Positions 40,314 to 50,151 of a stretch of 64,000 nucleotides of DNA are shown here, piece after piece; the stretch's first letter is position 1, and each line of letters opens with the position of its first letter. This DNA comes from an uncultured Chloroflexia bacterium (lineage in GTDB: Bacteria; Chloroflexota; Limnocylindria; Limnocylindrales; CSP1-4): positions 275,603-339,602 of the forward strand of contig CAWHRD010000002.1 in the NCBI GenBank assembly GCA_963831745.1, in the 5' to 3' direction. The translations under genes were made by a program, and so were the position numbers. Under the pieces are notes generated by a model. The model searched no databases. It worked only from the letters and a program-made list of their open reading frames with translations, and was not told the DNA's origin.

Positions 40314-40991
40314 TCAGAGCGCGACCAGGACCGCCCAGTACGCCCCGAGGATCAGGAACGGGCCGAACGGCACGTAGGTGCGCAGGGTGATCCTCCGGGC
40401 CGCGAGCAGGAGGGCGAGCACCACCCCGGCCGCGAGGGCGCCGACCACGACCCCCGCGACCGCCCGGGCGAGGCCGACGAGCAGGCCCACCGACACGAGC
40501 AGCTTCAGGTCGCCCAGGCCGATCGCGCCGGCCCCGAACGGGATGGCGACGACGAAGAGGAACGCGGGGATGACGAGCGCCGCGAGCAGCGCGCCCGGCA
40601 GCGCCCCCGCCGGGACGAGCGGGTTGAGCCCCGCGACGGCGACGACGAGCGCCAGCGGGATGGCCGGCAGGGTGATGACGTCCGGCAGGAGCCGCTGGTC
40701 GAGGTCGGTGGCGAGGAGGAGCGTCAACGCCGCGAAGAACGCCCCGAAGATGGCGAGGGCGACGGGGTCGTCGAAGCGCAGGGCGAGCGCCCCCAGCGAG
40801 AGGCCGCCCAGGACGACGACCACGGGCGTGCGCCAGTCGACCGGCCGGACCCAGCCGGCCGCCCGGACGACGGCTCCGTCCTCGTCGAGCTCGGCCTCGT
40901 GGACCGGCCAGCGAGCCGCGATCCGGTCGGCGGCGAGGCCCCACGCGGCGCCCGCGATGCCGAGGACGACGGCCAGTGCGCCGGGCTCCAC
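40314..40991 (-). CDS. Prepilin peptidase (A24 family)
   Basis: Multi-TM protein with catalytic Asp motifs LATDLDQRLLPD and GLGDLKLL. Confidence 0.75.
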   Translation of the reverse strand: MEPGALAVVLGIAGAAWGLAADRIAARWPVHEAELDEDGAVVRAAGWVRPVDWRTPVVVVLGGLSLGALALRFDDPVALAIFGAFFAALTLLLATDLDQRLLPDVITLPAIPLALVVAVAGLNPLVPAGALPGALLAALVIPAFLFVVAIPFGAGAIGLGDLKLLVSVGLLVGLARAVAGVVVGALAAGVVLALLLAARRITLRTYVPFGPFLILGAYWAVLVAL

Positions 40992-40994
40992 GCC

Positions 40995-42503
40995 CTAGCG
41001 CGCCCCGGCCAGGGCCAGCTCCACGAGCGTCGCGGTCGACGCGCCGGTGGCGCCGCGGGCGGCCCACGGCGTCGCCTTCCGGAAGTAGGCCGTTCCGGCG
41101 ATGTCGAGGTGCGCCCACGGCACGGTCACGAACTGGCGCAGGAAGAGGGCGCTGCGGATGAGGCCGCCCTCCGGCGAGGATCCGGTGTTCGACATGTCGG
41201 CGTACCAGCTCTCCATCTCCGGCCAGTACTCCTCGACGAGCGGCATCTGCCAGAGCCGCTCCCCGGCCCGCGAGGCGGCGGCCGCCACCTCGTCGTACCA
41301 GGCCTGGGGGGCGCCGAACCCGCCCGCCACCAGGTGGCCGAGCGCGCGGGCGACGGCGCCGGTGAGGGTCGCCACGTCGACGACGTGCGTGGCACCCAGG
41401 CGCTCGGCGTAGGTCATGGCATCGCCGAGGATGAGGCGCCCCTCCGCGTCGGTGTTGATGACGTCGACGGTCTTGCCGTTGAGCGCCGTCACGATGTCCC
41501 CGGGGCGGGTTGAGTGGGGGCCGGGCATGTTCTCCACGGCCGGGGCCACCGCGAGGAGCGGCGTGCCCGGGGCGAGACGGGCGACGGTCGCGGCGGCGGC
41601 CAGCACCGTGCAGGCCCCCGTCTTGTCCATCTTCATCTCCTCCATCCGGTCGGCCGGCTTGATGGAGATGCCGCCGGAGTCGAAGCAGACGCCCTTCCCC
41701 ACCAGGGCCAGGTGGCGCCCCAGGGCGTCCTTCTCGCCCTCGTCGCCGGAGCGCAGGACGATCATCCGGGGCGGGTTCGCGCTGCCGCGGCCGACGGCGA
41801 GGAACATGCCCATGCCCAGCTCCGCGGCGCGGACCTCGTCGACCACGTCGATCCAGAGGCCGTGCGCCGCGGCGATTGCGCGCGCCTCGTCGGCGAGGAC
41901 CGCGGGGCTCACGTCGTTCGCGGCCCGGTTCGCCAGGGCGCGTGTCAGGTTGCTCCCCTCCCCGATGATCACGCCCCGGCGGGCGGCTGCCGCGACTGCC
42001 GCGGCGTCCGCCCCGGGTGCCACGAGGACGAGCTCGTCGAGCACGGGCGGCACGTCGTCGGGGGCGGAGCGGTAGATCGTGGCCGGGTCGAAGCCTCCCT
42101 CGACCACGCCCCGGGCGAGGAGCTCGGCCACGGCCGGGGCTCCCCCGTCGAGCGCGTCGGCAAGCTCGCCGAGCCAGATCGCCAGGGTCCGCACCGGGCG
42201 GCCCGCCAGGCGCCGCTCGGCGGTCGCACCGAGGTGAACCACGGTCTCGCGGTCGAGCTCGGCGAGCGATCCGGTCCCCACCGCGAGGAGCCGGCCGGCC
42301 GGCAGGTCGCCGGCGGCGGCGATGGCCGTCGCGTAACGCGTGCCGGTGAGCTCGCCGAAGGTGGCGAGGGCGCGCAGCTCGCCGCCGCCCCGGCGGTCGA
42401 GCTCCCCAAGCGGCCCCTCGAACGTGGGATCGGGGGCGACGGGGACGACGAGGACGTCGGCGGCGACGTCCCAGGGCAGGTCGGTGACGACACGCAGCTG
42501 CAT
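40995..42503 (-). CDS. pepA: Leucyl aminopeptidase (M17)
   Basis: NTDAEGRLILGD signature and VGKGVCFDSGGISIKP. Confidence 0.92.
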   Translation of the reverse strand: MQLRVVTDLPWDVAADVLVVPVAPDPTFEGPLGELDRRGGGELRALATFGELTGTRYATAIAAAGDLPAGRLLAVGTGSLAELDRETVVHLGATAERRLAGRPVRTLAIWLGELADALDGGAPAVAELLARGVVEGGFDPATIYRSAPDDVPPVLDELVLVAPGADAAAVAAAARRGVIIGEGSNLTRALANRAANDVSPAVLADEARAIAAAHGLWIDVVDEVRAAELGMGMFLAVGRGSANPPRMIVLRSGDEGEKDALGRHLALVGKGVCFDSGGISIKPADRMEEMKMDKTGACTVLAAAATVARLAPGTPLLAVAPAVENMPGPHSTRPGDIVTALNGKTVDVINTDAEGRLILGDAMTYAERLGATHVVDVATLTGAVARALGHLVAGGFGAPQAWYDEVAAAASRAGERLWQMPLVEEYWPEMESWYADMSNTGSSPEGGLIRSALFLRQFVTVPWAHLDIAGTAYFRKATPWAARGATGASTATLVELALAGAR

Positions 42504-42721
42504 GCGGAAGGTGGCTCCTGTGTGCGCGGAATGGCGGCCGGCGGGCGGCCGGCGGCCGGGACTGCTCGCAGTCTAGCCGCGCTCGACGCCCGAGGGCGGG
42601 TCGAAGGGGCGCCGCGCGTGCGGCGGCGCCGTCGGAGCTGGCGGCGCCGACCGGCACGGGGGTGGCCCGTCCCGGCCGCGTCGCCTGTCCCGGCCGCCTG
42701 GCCCCGCCCGGCTGCGGGAGC

Positions 42722-43708
42722 CTACCCGGCCGGTGTGGCCGACGGCGCCGGGCTCGGCTCGCCCGCGGGCGATGCGACGGGGTTGGCCCGACCGTACGCG
42801 TCGAGCAGGGCGCCGCGCGCCTCCTCGATGACGATCACGGCCTGGTTCAGGCCGCCGCGCGCGACGTCGCCGAGGATGACGACCAGGGCGCGGGCGTCCG
42901 GCGGCAGCTGGTCCTTCGCGGCGCGCTCCCGCGCAGCAGCCTCTCGGACCGCGTCGGTCACGCGACCCCTGGAGCGGCGGAGGGCGTCCCACAGGTCCCG
43001 CAGGGCATCGTCGTACGCCGCGTTGCGCTCGATCCACTGGTCGAGCGTGGTGACGTCGACGGTGGCTGCCAGCCGGTCGCGGATCTCGCGTGCCGCGTCG
43101 AGCTCGGCCGCCGCGACGCCGATCCGCGCGACGGCCTCCGCGTACTTCCCGGCGCCGCCGAGCTGGACCGCCTCGCCGGCGATGCGGTCGTGGGCCAGCA
43201 GGTGGTCGGTCAGCTCGGCCGCCGGCACGACGCCAGCGGCAAGCCGCTCCCATGCCGGCCGGAGCGTCTCCACGGCCGCCAGCGCCGCCACGAGCTCGTC
43301 ATGCCGCGCGAGGGTCGCGGCCGAGTAGCGGATCGTGCGATCGGGGCCGCCAAGGCGGATCCGCTCCAGGTCAGCCGCCAGGGCTCCCGCCGCCGCGTCG
43401 ACGGCGTCCAGCTGGGCCGTGCCGGCGGCGGTCGCGCCCTCGAGCGCGGCCGCGTCGCGGCCGACCAGGGCGCCCAGCGCGGTTCGCCCGTCCTCGCCGA
43501 GGACGCCGACGGCATCGGCGAGCGCCTGCAGGTCGGCGGACGCCGCGTCGAGGCCGGGCGCAACGGCCCGATCGCCTGCCCACGTCAGCTCCGGGCGGCC
43601 GGGACCGCCGGGGAGGTGGTCGAGCGCCGCGACGATCCCTGCCGCGCCGAGGGCGAGGACGGCCGCGGCCGCGAGCCAGGCGACCGCGAGGGCGATGCGG
43701 CGGACCAC
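42722..43708 (-). CDS. Hypothetical membrane-anchored Ala-rich helical protein
   Basis: N-terminal TM (IALAVAWLAAAAVLALGAAGIVAAL) followed by a helical extracytoplasmic region. No recognisable motif. Confidence 0.55.
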   Translation of the reverse strand: MVRRIALAVAWLAAAAVLALGAAGIVAALDHLPGGPGRPELTWAGDRAVAPGLDAASADLQALADAVGVLGEDGRTALGALVGRDAAALEGATAAGTAQLDAVDAAAGALAADLERIRLGGPDRTIRYSAATLARHDELVAALAAVETLRPAWERLAAGVVPAAELTDHLLAHDRIAGEAVQLGGAGKYAEAVARIGVAAAELDAAREIRDRLAATVDVTTLDQWIERNAAYDDALRDLWDALRRSRGRVTDAVREAAARERAAKDQLPPDARALVVILGDVARGGLNQAVIVIEEARGALLDAYGRANPVASPAGEPSPAPSATPAG

Positions 43709-43720
43709 GGAACCTCCCGT

Positions 43721-44683
43721 CTACCCGCCCCGGGCGGCGGCGGCCGGCTCCTGCTTCTTCTTCGGGTCCCGGAGGTACAGGAGCTCGCCCTCCATTTTGC
43801 GCGGAACGAAGCCGAACGCACGATGGACGCCGTCGAGGGGGCCCACGTTGTCGAGCGCGAGCTGGCGTAGCTGGTCCGTCGCGACGGGGAAGAAGCGGAG
43901 GCGTAGCGCCTCCGCCGTGCCGGCGACGAGGCGGATCAGCGGCACCGGCATCGGCACGATGACGCGTCGCCTGCTGGTCGCCCGGGCGACCTCCTCGGTG
44001 ATCTCGCGGTATGTCCACGTCCGCGGTCCCCCGAGCTCGTACGCCTGCCCGATCGTCGCGGGTTGCTCCACGGCGAGCCGCATGCAGAGCGCCACGTCGC
44101 CGACGTGGATCGGCTGGAAGCGGCTCTTCCCGTCGCCCGGCACCGGGACGATGGGCGCCGGGATCCGCACCAGGTCGGCCACGATGTTGAAGAAGCCGTC
44201 GCGCGGCCCGAACAGGAGCGAGGGCTTGAGGATGGTCCAGTCGAGCGAGCTCTCGCGGACGGCTCGCTCCGCGCGGGCCTTGCTCTTGGCGTAGTTCAGC
44301 TCCTCGCGATCCTCGACCCCGAGGGCGCCGAGGTGCACCAGCCGGCGCACGCCGGCGGCCTCCATCGCCGCGATGAGGTTCCGCGTGCCGCCGAGGTTGA
44401 CGCGCAGGAGGTCCTTCCCGCCGTTCCAGTCGCGCGGGATGGCGACCAGGTGGACGACGGCGTCGACGCCGGCGAGCGCCGGCGAGAGCGTGTCGGGGGC
44501 CAGCACGTCCCCGGTGCGCAGCTCGACGGCGGCGGCCATCCCCGCCGGCAACCGGCGCATGACGACCTCGCCGGCCTTCGGGGAGCGGACGAGCGCGACG
44601 ACGCGATGGCCGCTCCCGGCGAGCTCTGGGATGAGGTGGCTCCCGACGAAGCCGGAGGCCCCGGTGACGAGGACGGTGGACAT
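43721..44683 (-). CDS. NAD(P)-dependent epimerase/dehydratase-like (NDUFA9/NmrA-like) protein
   Basis: Starts MSTVLVTGASGFVGSHL (Rossmann), with a YxxxK-like YAKSK motif. Confidence 0.78.
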   Translation of the reverse strand: MSTVLVTGASGFVGSHLIPELAGSGHRVVALVRSPKAGEVVMRRLPAGMAAAVELRTGDVLAPDTLSPALAGVDAVVHLVAIPRDWNGGKDLLRVNLGGTRNLIAAMEAAGVRRLVHLGALGVEDREELNYAKSKARAERAVRESSLDWTILKPSLLFGPRDGFFNIVADLVRIPAPIVPVPGDGKSRFQPIHVGDVALCMRLAVEQPATIGQAYELGGPRTWTYREITEEVARATSRRRVIVPMPVPLIRLVAGTAEALRLRFFPVATDQLRQLALDNVGPLDGVHRAFGFVPRKMEGELLYLRDPKKKQEPAAAARGG

Positions 44684-44889
44684 GGCTCGGTGCATCCCTC
44701 GGGCGGGTCCGGCAGCGCCCTGTGCCCGCCGGGCGGATCTGGTGCCGCCATTGTGCGGCCATCTCGTGCAGAGGTTCGACGGCCGACGTCGAGCGGATGG
44801 CGTCACCCGCGCCCGCGGCGCCACCCGCGCCCGATTCGCGAGCACGCCCGCCTGGTGCCACCCGCGCCCGCCGGGCGCGACCCCGGGGA

Positions 44890-45762
44890 TCAGGCGCGCG
44901 GGCGCGCCGCCAACGCCTCGAGCGCCTCGAGCGCCGACGCCAGCTCCGCCGCGTCCGCGGCCGTCGCCGCGGGCCGCTCCGCGGCCGGCAGCGCCTCCAC
45001 CTGCGCGCGCGTCGTCACGCCCGTGAGCATCAGCACGCACGGGATGCCGAGGCCGATGGCGGCGGCCAGGTCCGTGGCGATGCCGTCGCCGATCATCACC
45101 GCGTCGGCGCGCCCGAGCCCCTGCCCGGCCGCCCGGATGGCCAGCTCGAGGAGCAGCGGGGCCGGCTTCCCGATCGAGACCGGCACGACCTGCGATCCGG
45201 CCTCCACGGCGGCCACGATCGACCCCGCCCCAGGGCGGGTCCCGTGCTCCGTCGGGAAGACGGGGTCACGGTTCGTGGCCACGAACCGTGCGCCATGATG
45301 CACGCAATCTACCGCGACGGCGAGCTTCTGGTACGTGAACTGCGGGTCGAGGCCGACGACGACCGCGTCGGGCCGCCCGGCGGCCTCCCAGCCGTTGATC
45401 CCCTCCTGCGCCTGGCGCGTGGCCGCGTAGGCCGCGGTGACCACGTCGAGCCCGGCGTCGCGGCACTCCCGCTCCAGGCCCCCGGCCCCCACCACGAGGA
45501 CGCGCCGCGCAGCCGGGCCGCGTGCCGCGTCGGCGAGATAGAGGGCGGTCGCCCGCGCGGAGCTGACGACCCGGTCCGCGGTGACGGGGGCTCCCATGCC
45601 GGCCAGGCGCGTGACGTAGTCGGCGCGGTAGTGCATCGAGTTGTTCGTGACGTAGACGACCACGTCGCCCCGGGCCGCCCGATCGGCCAGCGCGGCGGCG
45701 ACGCCGGGGATCGGCGCCGCGCCCCGGTAGACGACGCCGTCGAGGTCGACGAGGAGCAGCAT
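44890..45762 (-). CDS. HAD-IIA family hydrolase (NagD-like)
   Basis: LLLVDLDGVVY (motif I), VTNNS (motif II), IGDGIATD (motif IV). Confidence 0.8.
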   Translation of the reverse strand: MLLLVDLDGVVYRGAAPIPGVAAALADRAARGDVVVYVTNNSMHYRADYVTRLAGMGAPVTADRVVSSARATALYLADAARGPAARRVLVVGAGGLERECRDAGLDVVTAAYAATRQAQEGINGWEAAGRPDAVVVGLDPQFTYQKLAVAVDCVHHGARFVATNRDPVFPTEHGTRPGAGSIVAAVEAGSQVVPVSIGKPAPLLLELAIRAAGQGLGRADAVMIGDGIATDLAAAIGLGIPCVLMLTGVTTRAQVEALPAAERPAATAADAAELASALEALEALAARPRA

Positions 45763-45805
45763 GCCCGGAATCGTAGCCCGGACGGACGGGCCGTACCATC
45801 TGACC

Positions 45806-46360
45806 ATGCCCCGCCCCGCCCCGGATCCCCTCGTCGGCGCGACGCGCCTCCTGATCGACGGCACGAACCTCCTCCACGCCCTGGCCCGGCGGGGCGGGCC
45901 GCTCCCGGCCGTGGCGGTGACGGGGCGCCTGCGGGCCCTCGTGCCGCCCGGCGTTGCCGTGACCCTCGTGCTCGACGGCGGCCCCGCCCCCGGCGGTACC
46001 GACCGCCGCCTGACGTCCGGGATCGACGTGCGCTACTCGGGACGTCGCTCGGCGGACGTGCTGCTCGGCGACCTCGCCGCGGCGGCGCCCGAGGGGACGC
46101 TCGTGGTCACCGACGACAACGCCCTGGCCGCCGGCCTGCGGGCGGCCGGTGCCCGCACGGCCCGCACGTCGTGGCTCGCCGAGCGGCTCTCCCGCCAGCG
46201 CTTGGAGGCGCCGGCCGTGGGACGCCCGAAGCCACCGGCGGGACCGCCGCCGGGCTTCGCCGGCGCGGTCGACCCCGACGACGGCGCGGCCCGCTGGAAG
46301 CCGGGGCGCGGCGCGACGAAGAAGACGGGCAACCCGAAGCGCGGCCACCGTCCCGCCTGA
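45806..46360 (+). CDS. NYN/YacP-like domain protein with basic tail
   Basis: LLIDGTNLLHAL...VLDGGP...VVTDDNAL, like the predicted PIN/NYN RNase family. The start is uncertain (45761 or 45806). Confidence 0.5.
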   Translation: MPRPAPDPLVGATRLLIDGTNLLHALARRGGPLPAVAVTGRLRALVPPGVAVTLVLDGGPAPGGTDRRLTSGIDVRYSGRRSADVLLGDLAAAAPEGTLVVTDDNALAAGLRAAGARTARTSWLAERLSRQRLEAPAVGRPKPPAGPPPGFAGAVDPDDGAARWKPGRGATKKTGNPKRGHRPA

Positions 46361-46453
46361 CGCGCCATCGCGACGAGCGACACCGTGCGGCCCGTCGGAA
46401 CGGCCCTACCGCACCCGGCGCGGCGTGGCACGCTAGGCGCACGCGTCCTCGCC

Positions 46454-47746
46454 ATGGCGACACAGCGGCGGAGGTCTCCCGTGAAACAGCTCAAGGTGCT
46501 CCTCGTCGGCGTCGGAACCGTGGGAGAGGCGATCGCCCGGCTCAGCGCCGACACGCCGTGGCTCGACCGGATGGTGCTCGCCGACTACGACGTCGAGCGC
46601 GCGCGCCTCATCCAGGGGCGCCTGGGCGGCGGCTCCGCCGACGCTCCGGCCACCGCTCGCTTCCCGGTGGCCTTCGTCGACGCCGGCAAGCCGGAGCTGG
46701 TGACCCAGCTGGCCCGCGAGCACGGGGTCGACATCGTCGTCAACGCCGCCGACCCGCGCTTCGTGCCCACGATCTTCGACGGCGCCTTCGCCGCCGGCGT
46801 CGACTACCTGGACATGGCGGTCAGCCTCTCGGAGCCGCACCCGACCGACCCCTACTCGGCGCCGGGCGTCAAGCTCGGCGACTACCAGTTCCCGAAGCAC
46901 GAGACGTGGAAGGCTGCCGGCCGCCTGGCGATCCTCGGCCTCGGGATGGACCCCGGGCTGACCGACCTGTTCGCGGCCTACGCCCACAAGCACCTCTTCG
47001 ACGAGGTCGACGAGGTCCACGTCCGCGACGGCGGCGACCTCTACATCGAGGGCTACGCCTTCGCCCCGGTCTTCTCGATCTGGACGACGATCGAGGAGTG
47101 CCTCAACCCGCCGATCATCTGGGACGCGGCGCAGGGCGGCCACCACACGACCGAGCCGTTCTCGGCTCCCGAGGCCTTCGTCTTCCCGGAGGGGATCGGG
47201 CCCGTCGAGTGCGTGAACGTCGAGCACGAGGAGGTCGTCCTCGTGCCCCGCGGGCTCCCGCAGGTGAAGAAGGCGACCTTCAAGTACGCCCTCGGGGCCG
47301 ACTTCATCAACGTCCTCAAGGTCCTCCATGCCGTCGGCCTCGACTCGACCAAGCCGGTGACCGTGAAGGGCGTCGAGGTCGCCCCGCGCGACCTCGTGAT
47401 GGCCGTGACGCCGGACCCGGCCAAGGTCGGGGAGCGGATGAAGGGCCGCGCGATCGTCGGGACCTGGGTGATCGGGCGCAAGGACGGCGCGCCGCGCGAG
47501 GTCTACCTGTACCAGAAGACCGTCGGCGAGGAATCCTGGGCGGACCACGGCCTCCAGGCGGTGGCCTATCAGACCGGGTTCAACCCGGTCCTCGGCCTCG
47601 AGCTGCTCGCCCGCGGCGAGTGGGGCGGCGCCGGCGTCCTGGTGCCCGAGCAGCTCGATCCGGATCCGTACCTGGCGGCCATGGACCGCTGGGGCTTCCA
47701 CTGGGCGATCGAGGAGCGGGAACCGGGCGCGAACGTCCCGACCTGA
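46454..47746 (+). CDS. Saccharopine dehydrogenase family protein
   Basis: LKVLLVGVGTVGEAIARL Rossmann motif. Family-typical length and C-terminal domain. Confidence 0.7.
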   Translation: MATQRRRSPVKQLKVLLVGVGTVGEAIARLSADTPWLDRMVLADYDVERARLIQGRLGGGSADAPATARFPVAFVDAGKPELVTQLAREHGVDIVVNAADPRFVPTIFDGAFAAGVDYLDMAVSLSEPHPTDPYSAPGVKLGDYQFPKHETWKAAGRLAILGLGMDPGLTDLFAAYAHKHLFDEVDEVHVRDGGDLYIEGYAFAPVFSIWTTIEECLNPPIIWDAAQGGHHTTEPFSAPEAFVFPEGIGPVECVNVEHEEVVLVPRGLPQVKKATFKYALGADFINVLKVLHAVGLDSTKPVTVKGVEVAPRDLVMAVTPDPAKVGERMKGRAIVGTWVIGRKDGAPREVYLYQKTVGEESWADHGLQAVAYQTGFNPVLGLELLARGEWGGAGVLVPEQLDPDPYLAAMDRWGFHWAIEEREPGANVPT

Positions 47747-47786
47747 GCTCACTCCCCGCCGCCCACGGCGGGACGCGGAGGGTGGC

Positions 47787-48608
47787 ATGGAACGCTTCGT
47801 CGACGTGCCGGGTGGCCGGCTCTTCGTGGTGGACGAGGGGGACGGCCCGCCGGTCGTCCTCCTCCACGCCGGCATCGTGGACCTCCGGAGCTGGGACGGC
47901 CTCGTCCCGCACCTCGTCGAGGCGGGGTACCGTGCCGTCCGCTACGACGCACGGGCGTGGGGGCGCTCCACGACCGACGACGTCCCCTACTCCAACCGGG
48001 CCGATCTGGTCGCCGTCCTCGACGCCGTCGGGATCGGCCGGGTGGCGATCGTCGGCAACAGCCGGGGCGGGCAGATCGCCTTCGACACGGCGCTCGAGTT
48101 CCCCGACCGCGTGGTGGCGGTCGTCGGCGTGGGCGCCGGCCTCGGCGGCTTCGAGGGCCACCCCACGCCGGAGGAGATCGCCCTCCTCGACGAGATGGAG
48201 CGCCTCGAGGAGACCGGCACCGACCTCGACGCGATCACCGCTGTCAACATCCGGGCCTGGGTTGACGGCCCGGGCCAGCCGGCCGGGCGGGCGCCGGCCT
48301 GGATCGCCGACCACGTGCGCGCGACGAGCGAGCTGCTCTCGGCGCCCGACCATGTCTTCGGGCGTCCGATCGTGCTCGACCCTCCGGCCGCGGCGCGGCT
48401 CGACGACCTGCGCTGCCCGGTGCTCGCCGTCGCAGGGGCGCTCGACGTCTCCGACGTCGCCGAGACCGCGCGCCACCTGGAGGAGGCCGCCCCCGACGCC
48501 CGGGCCGTCCTCCTGCCCGACGTCGCGCACATGATCGGCATGGAGCGGCCGGCCGAGCTCGCCGCCCTGGTCGTGGAGCTCCTGGAGCCGCTCCGGCCCT
48601 GGACCTGA
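47787..48608 (+). CDS. Alpha/beta hydrolase
   Basis: VVLLHAG, nucleophile elbow VGNSRGG, C-terminal His in DVAHMIGMERP. Confidence 0.8.
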   Translation: MERFVDVPGGRLFVVDEGDGPPVVLLHAGIVDLRSWDGLVPHLVEAGYRAVRYDARAWGRSTTDDVPYSNRADLVAVLDAVGIGRVAIVGNSRGGQIAFDTALEFPDRVVAVVGVGAGLGGFEGHPTPEEIALLDEMERLEETGTDLDAITAVNIRAWVDGPGQPAGRAPAWIADHVRATSELLSAPDHVFGRPIVLDPPAAARLDDLRCPVLAVAGALDVSDVAETARHLEEAAPDARAVLLPDVAHMIGMERPAELAALVVELLEPLRPWT

Positions 48609-48912
48609 CGCCGACCCCGGAGCGCCCGGGAGCGGCCCCGGATCGCCCGGGGCGATCCCGGAACGCCTGAGGCGGCGGCGTGGCGCGCCCGCGGGACCGG
48701 GGTCCGCCGCGGCCGGGAGACCGGCGCGGAAGCGCCGCGGAGGGCCATCTGGCCGGGACCGCCTAGATGCCGTTGGGCTCCCCCGTCCGGGACCAGTGGC
48801 CGGTCCGGCGGCCGGGGGAGGCGTGCATGATCGGGCTGCGTCCCGGCATTCGACCGTGCGCTCGCGTCCCGCGCGACGGCGGCGGCCACCAAGCGAGAGT
48901 GACGTCCCACTC

Positions 48913-50151
48913 ATGACCCGGCTTGATGACGGCCTCCTCGCCGCGCTCACGGACCGCGGCGTCTCGCGCCGCGCCTTCCTGAAGTTCTGCGCGGCCATGA
49001 CCGCGACCCTGGCGCTCCCGGCGACGTACGCCCCCCGGATCGCCGCCGCGGTCGTCGCGGCTCCCCGCCTCCCCGTCATCTGGCTGCGGGGCCAGACGTG
49101 CTCGGGGAACACGGCCGCCTTCCTGCGGGCCTCCGACCCGACGACGGCCGACCTGCTCATCGATCTCCTGTCGGTCGAGTACCACGAGACGCTCATGGCC
49201 GCCGCCGGCCCCGCCGCCGCGCGCTCGCTGACCGACACGCTCGAGACGTACCCCAACGGCTACCTCGCGGTCGTCGAGGGCGGCATCCCCACGGCCGAGG
49301 ACGGGATCCACTGCCTCGTCGGTGGGCGCCCGTTCCGCGAGATCGTCCGCGAGGTGTGCGCGGGCGCGAGCGCGACAATCGGGGTGGGCTCGTGCGCGTT
49401 CGACGGCGGAACGCCGGCCGCCGCGGGCGGCGTCACCGGTGCCGTCGGCGTGGGCGGGGTCGCGTCGGGCGGCCAGCTGATCAGCCTGCCCGGCTGCCCC
49501 CTCAACGTCGACAACCTGGCGGCGACGATCGTCCACTACCTGACCTTCAAGCGGCTCCCGCCCGCCGACATGCGGGGCCGCCCGCTGTTCGCGTACGGCG
49601 GCCTGATCCACAACCAGTGCGAGCGACGCGCGGCGTTCGAGTTCGGCCAGTTCGCCACGTCCTGGGGCGACGAGGGCGCCCAGAAGGGCTGGTGCCTCTA
49701 CAAGATGGGCTGCAAGGGCCCCGAGGTCTACGCCAACTGCCCCACCCAGAAGTACGCCGAGGGGACGAGCTGGGCGGTCCGCGCGGGCCACGGCTGCATC
49801 GGCTGCACGATGCCGGACTTCTGGGATTCGATGGGCCCGGCCTACGCCCGCCTCCCGGGACCGGTTCCCTTCTTCCCCAACATCACGGTCGACCAGGTGG
49901 GCGCGGCCCTCGTCGGCGGGATCGCCGCCGTCACCGTCGTCCACGGCAGCGCCACCGTCGTGCGGAGCCGCCGCGGGGGCTCGGCCGCGCACCACGGCGG
50001 CGGCCAGCCCGTGGTCGAGCCGCTCCTCGAGGCCCCGGGCGTGCCGGCGCCGGAGCCGGTGGCGGATCAACCGCCGGCGCCGCCGGCGCCGGAGCCGGTG
50101 GCGGATCAACCGCCGGCGCCGCCGTCCGTCGGGCTGGGTGGTCCCGCGTGA
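48913..50151 (+). CDS. [NiFe] hydrogenase small subunit, Tat-exported, with C-terminal TM anchor and Pro-rich tail
   Basis: Twin-arginine signal GVSRRAFLKF. FeS ligand motifs GSCAFDGG, PGCPLN, HNQCERR, GWCLYKMGCKGP, ANCP, GHGCIGC. The first CxxC reads C-S-G-N. TM segment VGAALVGGIAAVTVV. Confidence 0.9.
   Translation: MTRLDDGLLAALTDRGVSRRAFLKFCAAMTATLALPATYAPRIAAAVVAAPRLPVIWLRGQTCSGNTAAFLRASDPTTADLLIDLLSVEYHETLMAAAGPAAARSLTDTLETYPNGYLAVVEGGIPTAEDGIHCLVGGRPFREIVREVCAGASATIGVGSCAFDGGTPAAAGGVTGAVGVGGVASGGQLISLPGCPLNVDNLAATIVHYLTFKRLPPADMRGRPLFAYGGLIHNQCERRAAFEFGQFATSWGDEGAQKGWCLYKMGCKGPEVYANCPTQKYAEGTSWAVRAGHGCIGCTMPDFWDSMGPAYARLPGPVPFFPNITVDQVGAALVGGIAAVTVVHGSATVVRSRRGGSAAHHGGGQPVVEPLLEAPGVPAPEPVADQPPAPPAPEPVADQPPAPPSVGLGGPA
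50044..50121 (+). repeat. Perfect 39-bp tandem duplication inside the small-subunit tail
   Basis: CCGGCGCCGGAGCCGGTGGCGGATCAACCGCCGGCGCCG occurs twice (50044-50082 and 50083-50121), encoding PAPEPVADQPPAP twice. Confidence 0.9.

Noticed and set aside
48609-48912. Regulatory element or small gene in the 300-nt gap upstream of the hydrogenase operon (hairpin GGATCGCC-cgg-GGCGATCC at about 48640).
   Set aside because: The hairpin is best explained as the terminator of the upstream alpha/beta hydrolase gene. I saw no repeated motif or recognisable regulator site.
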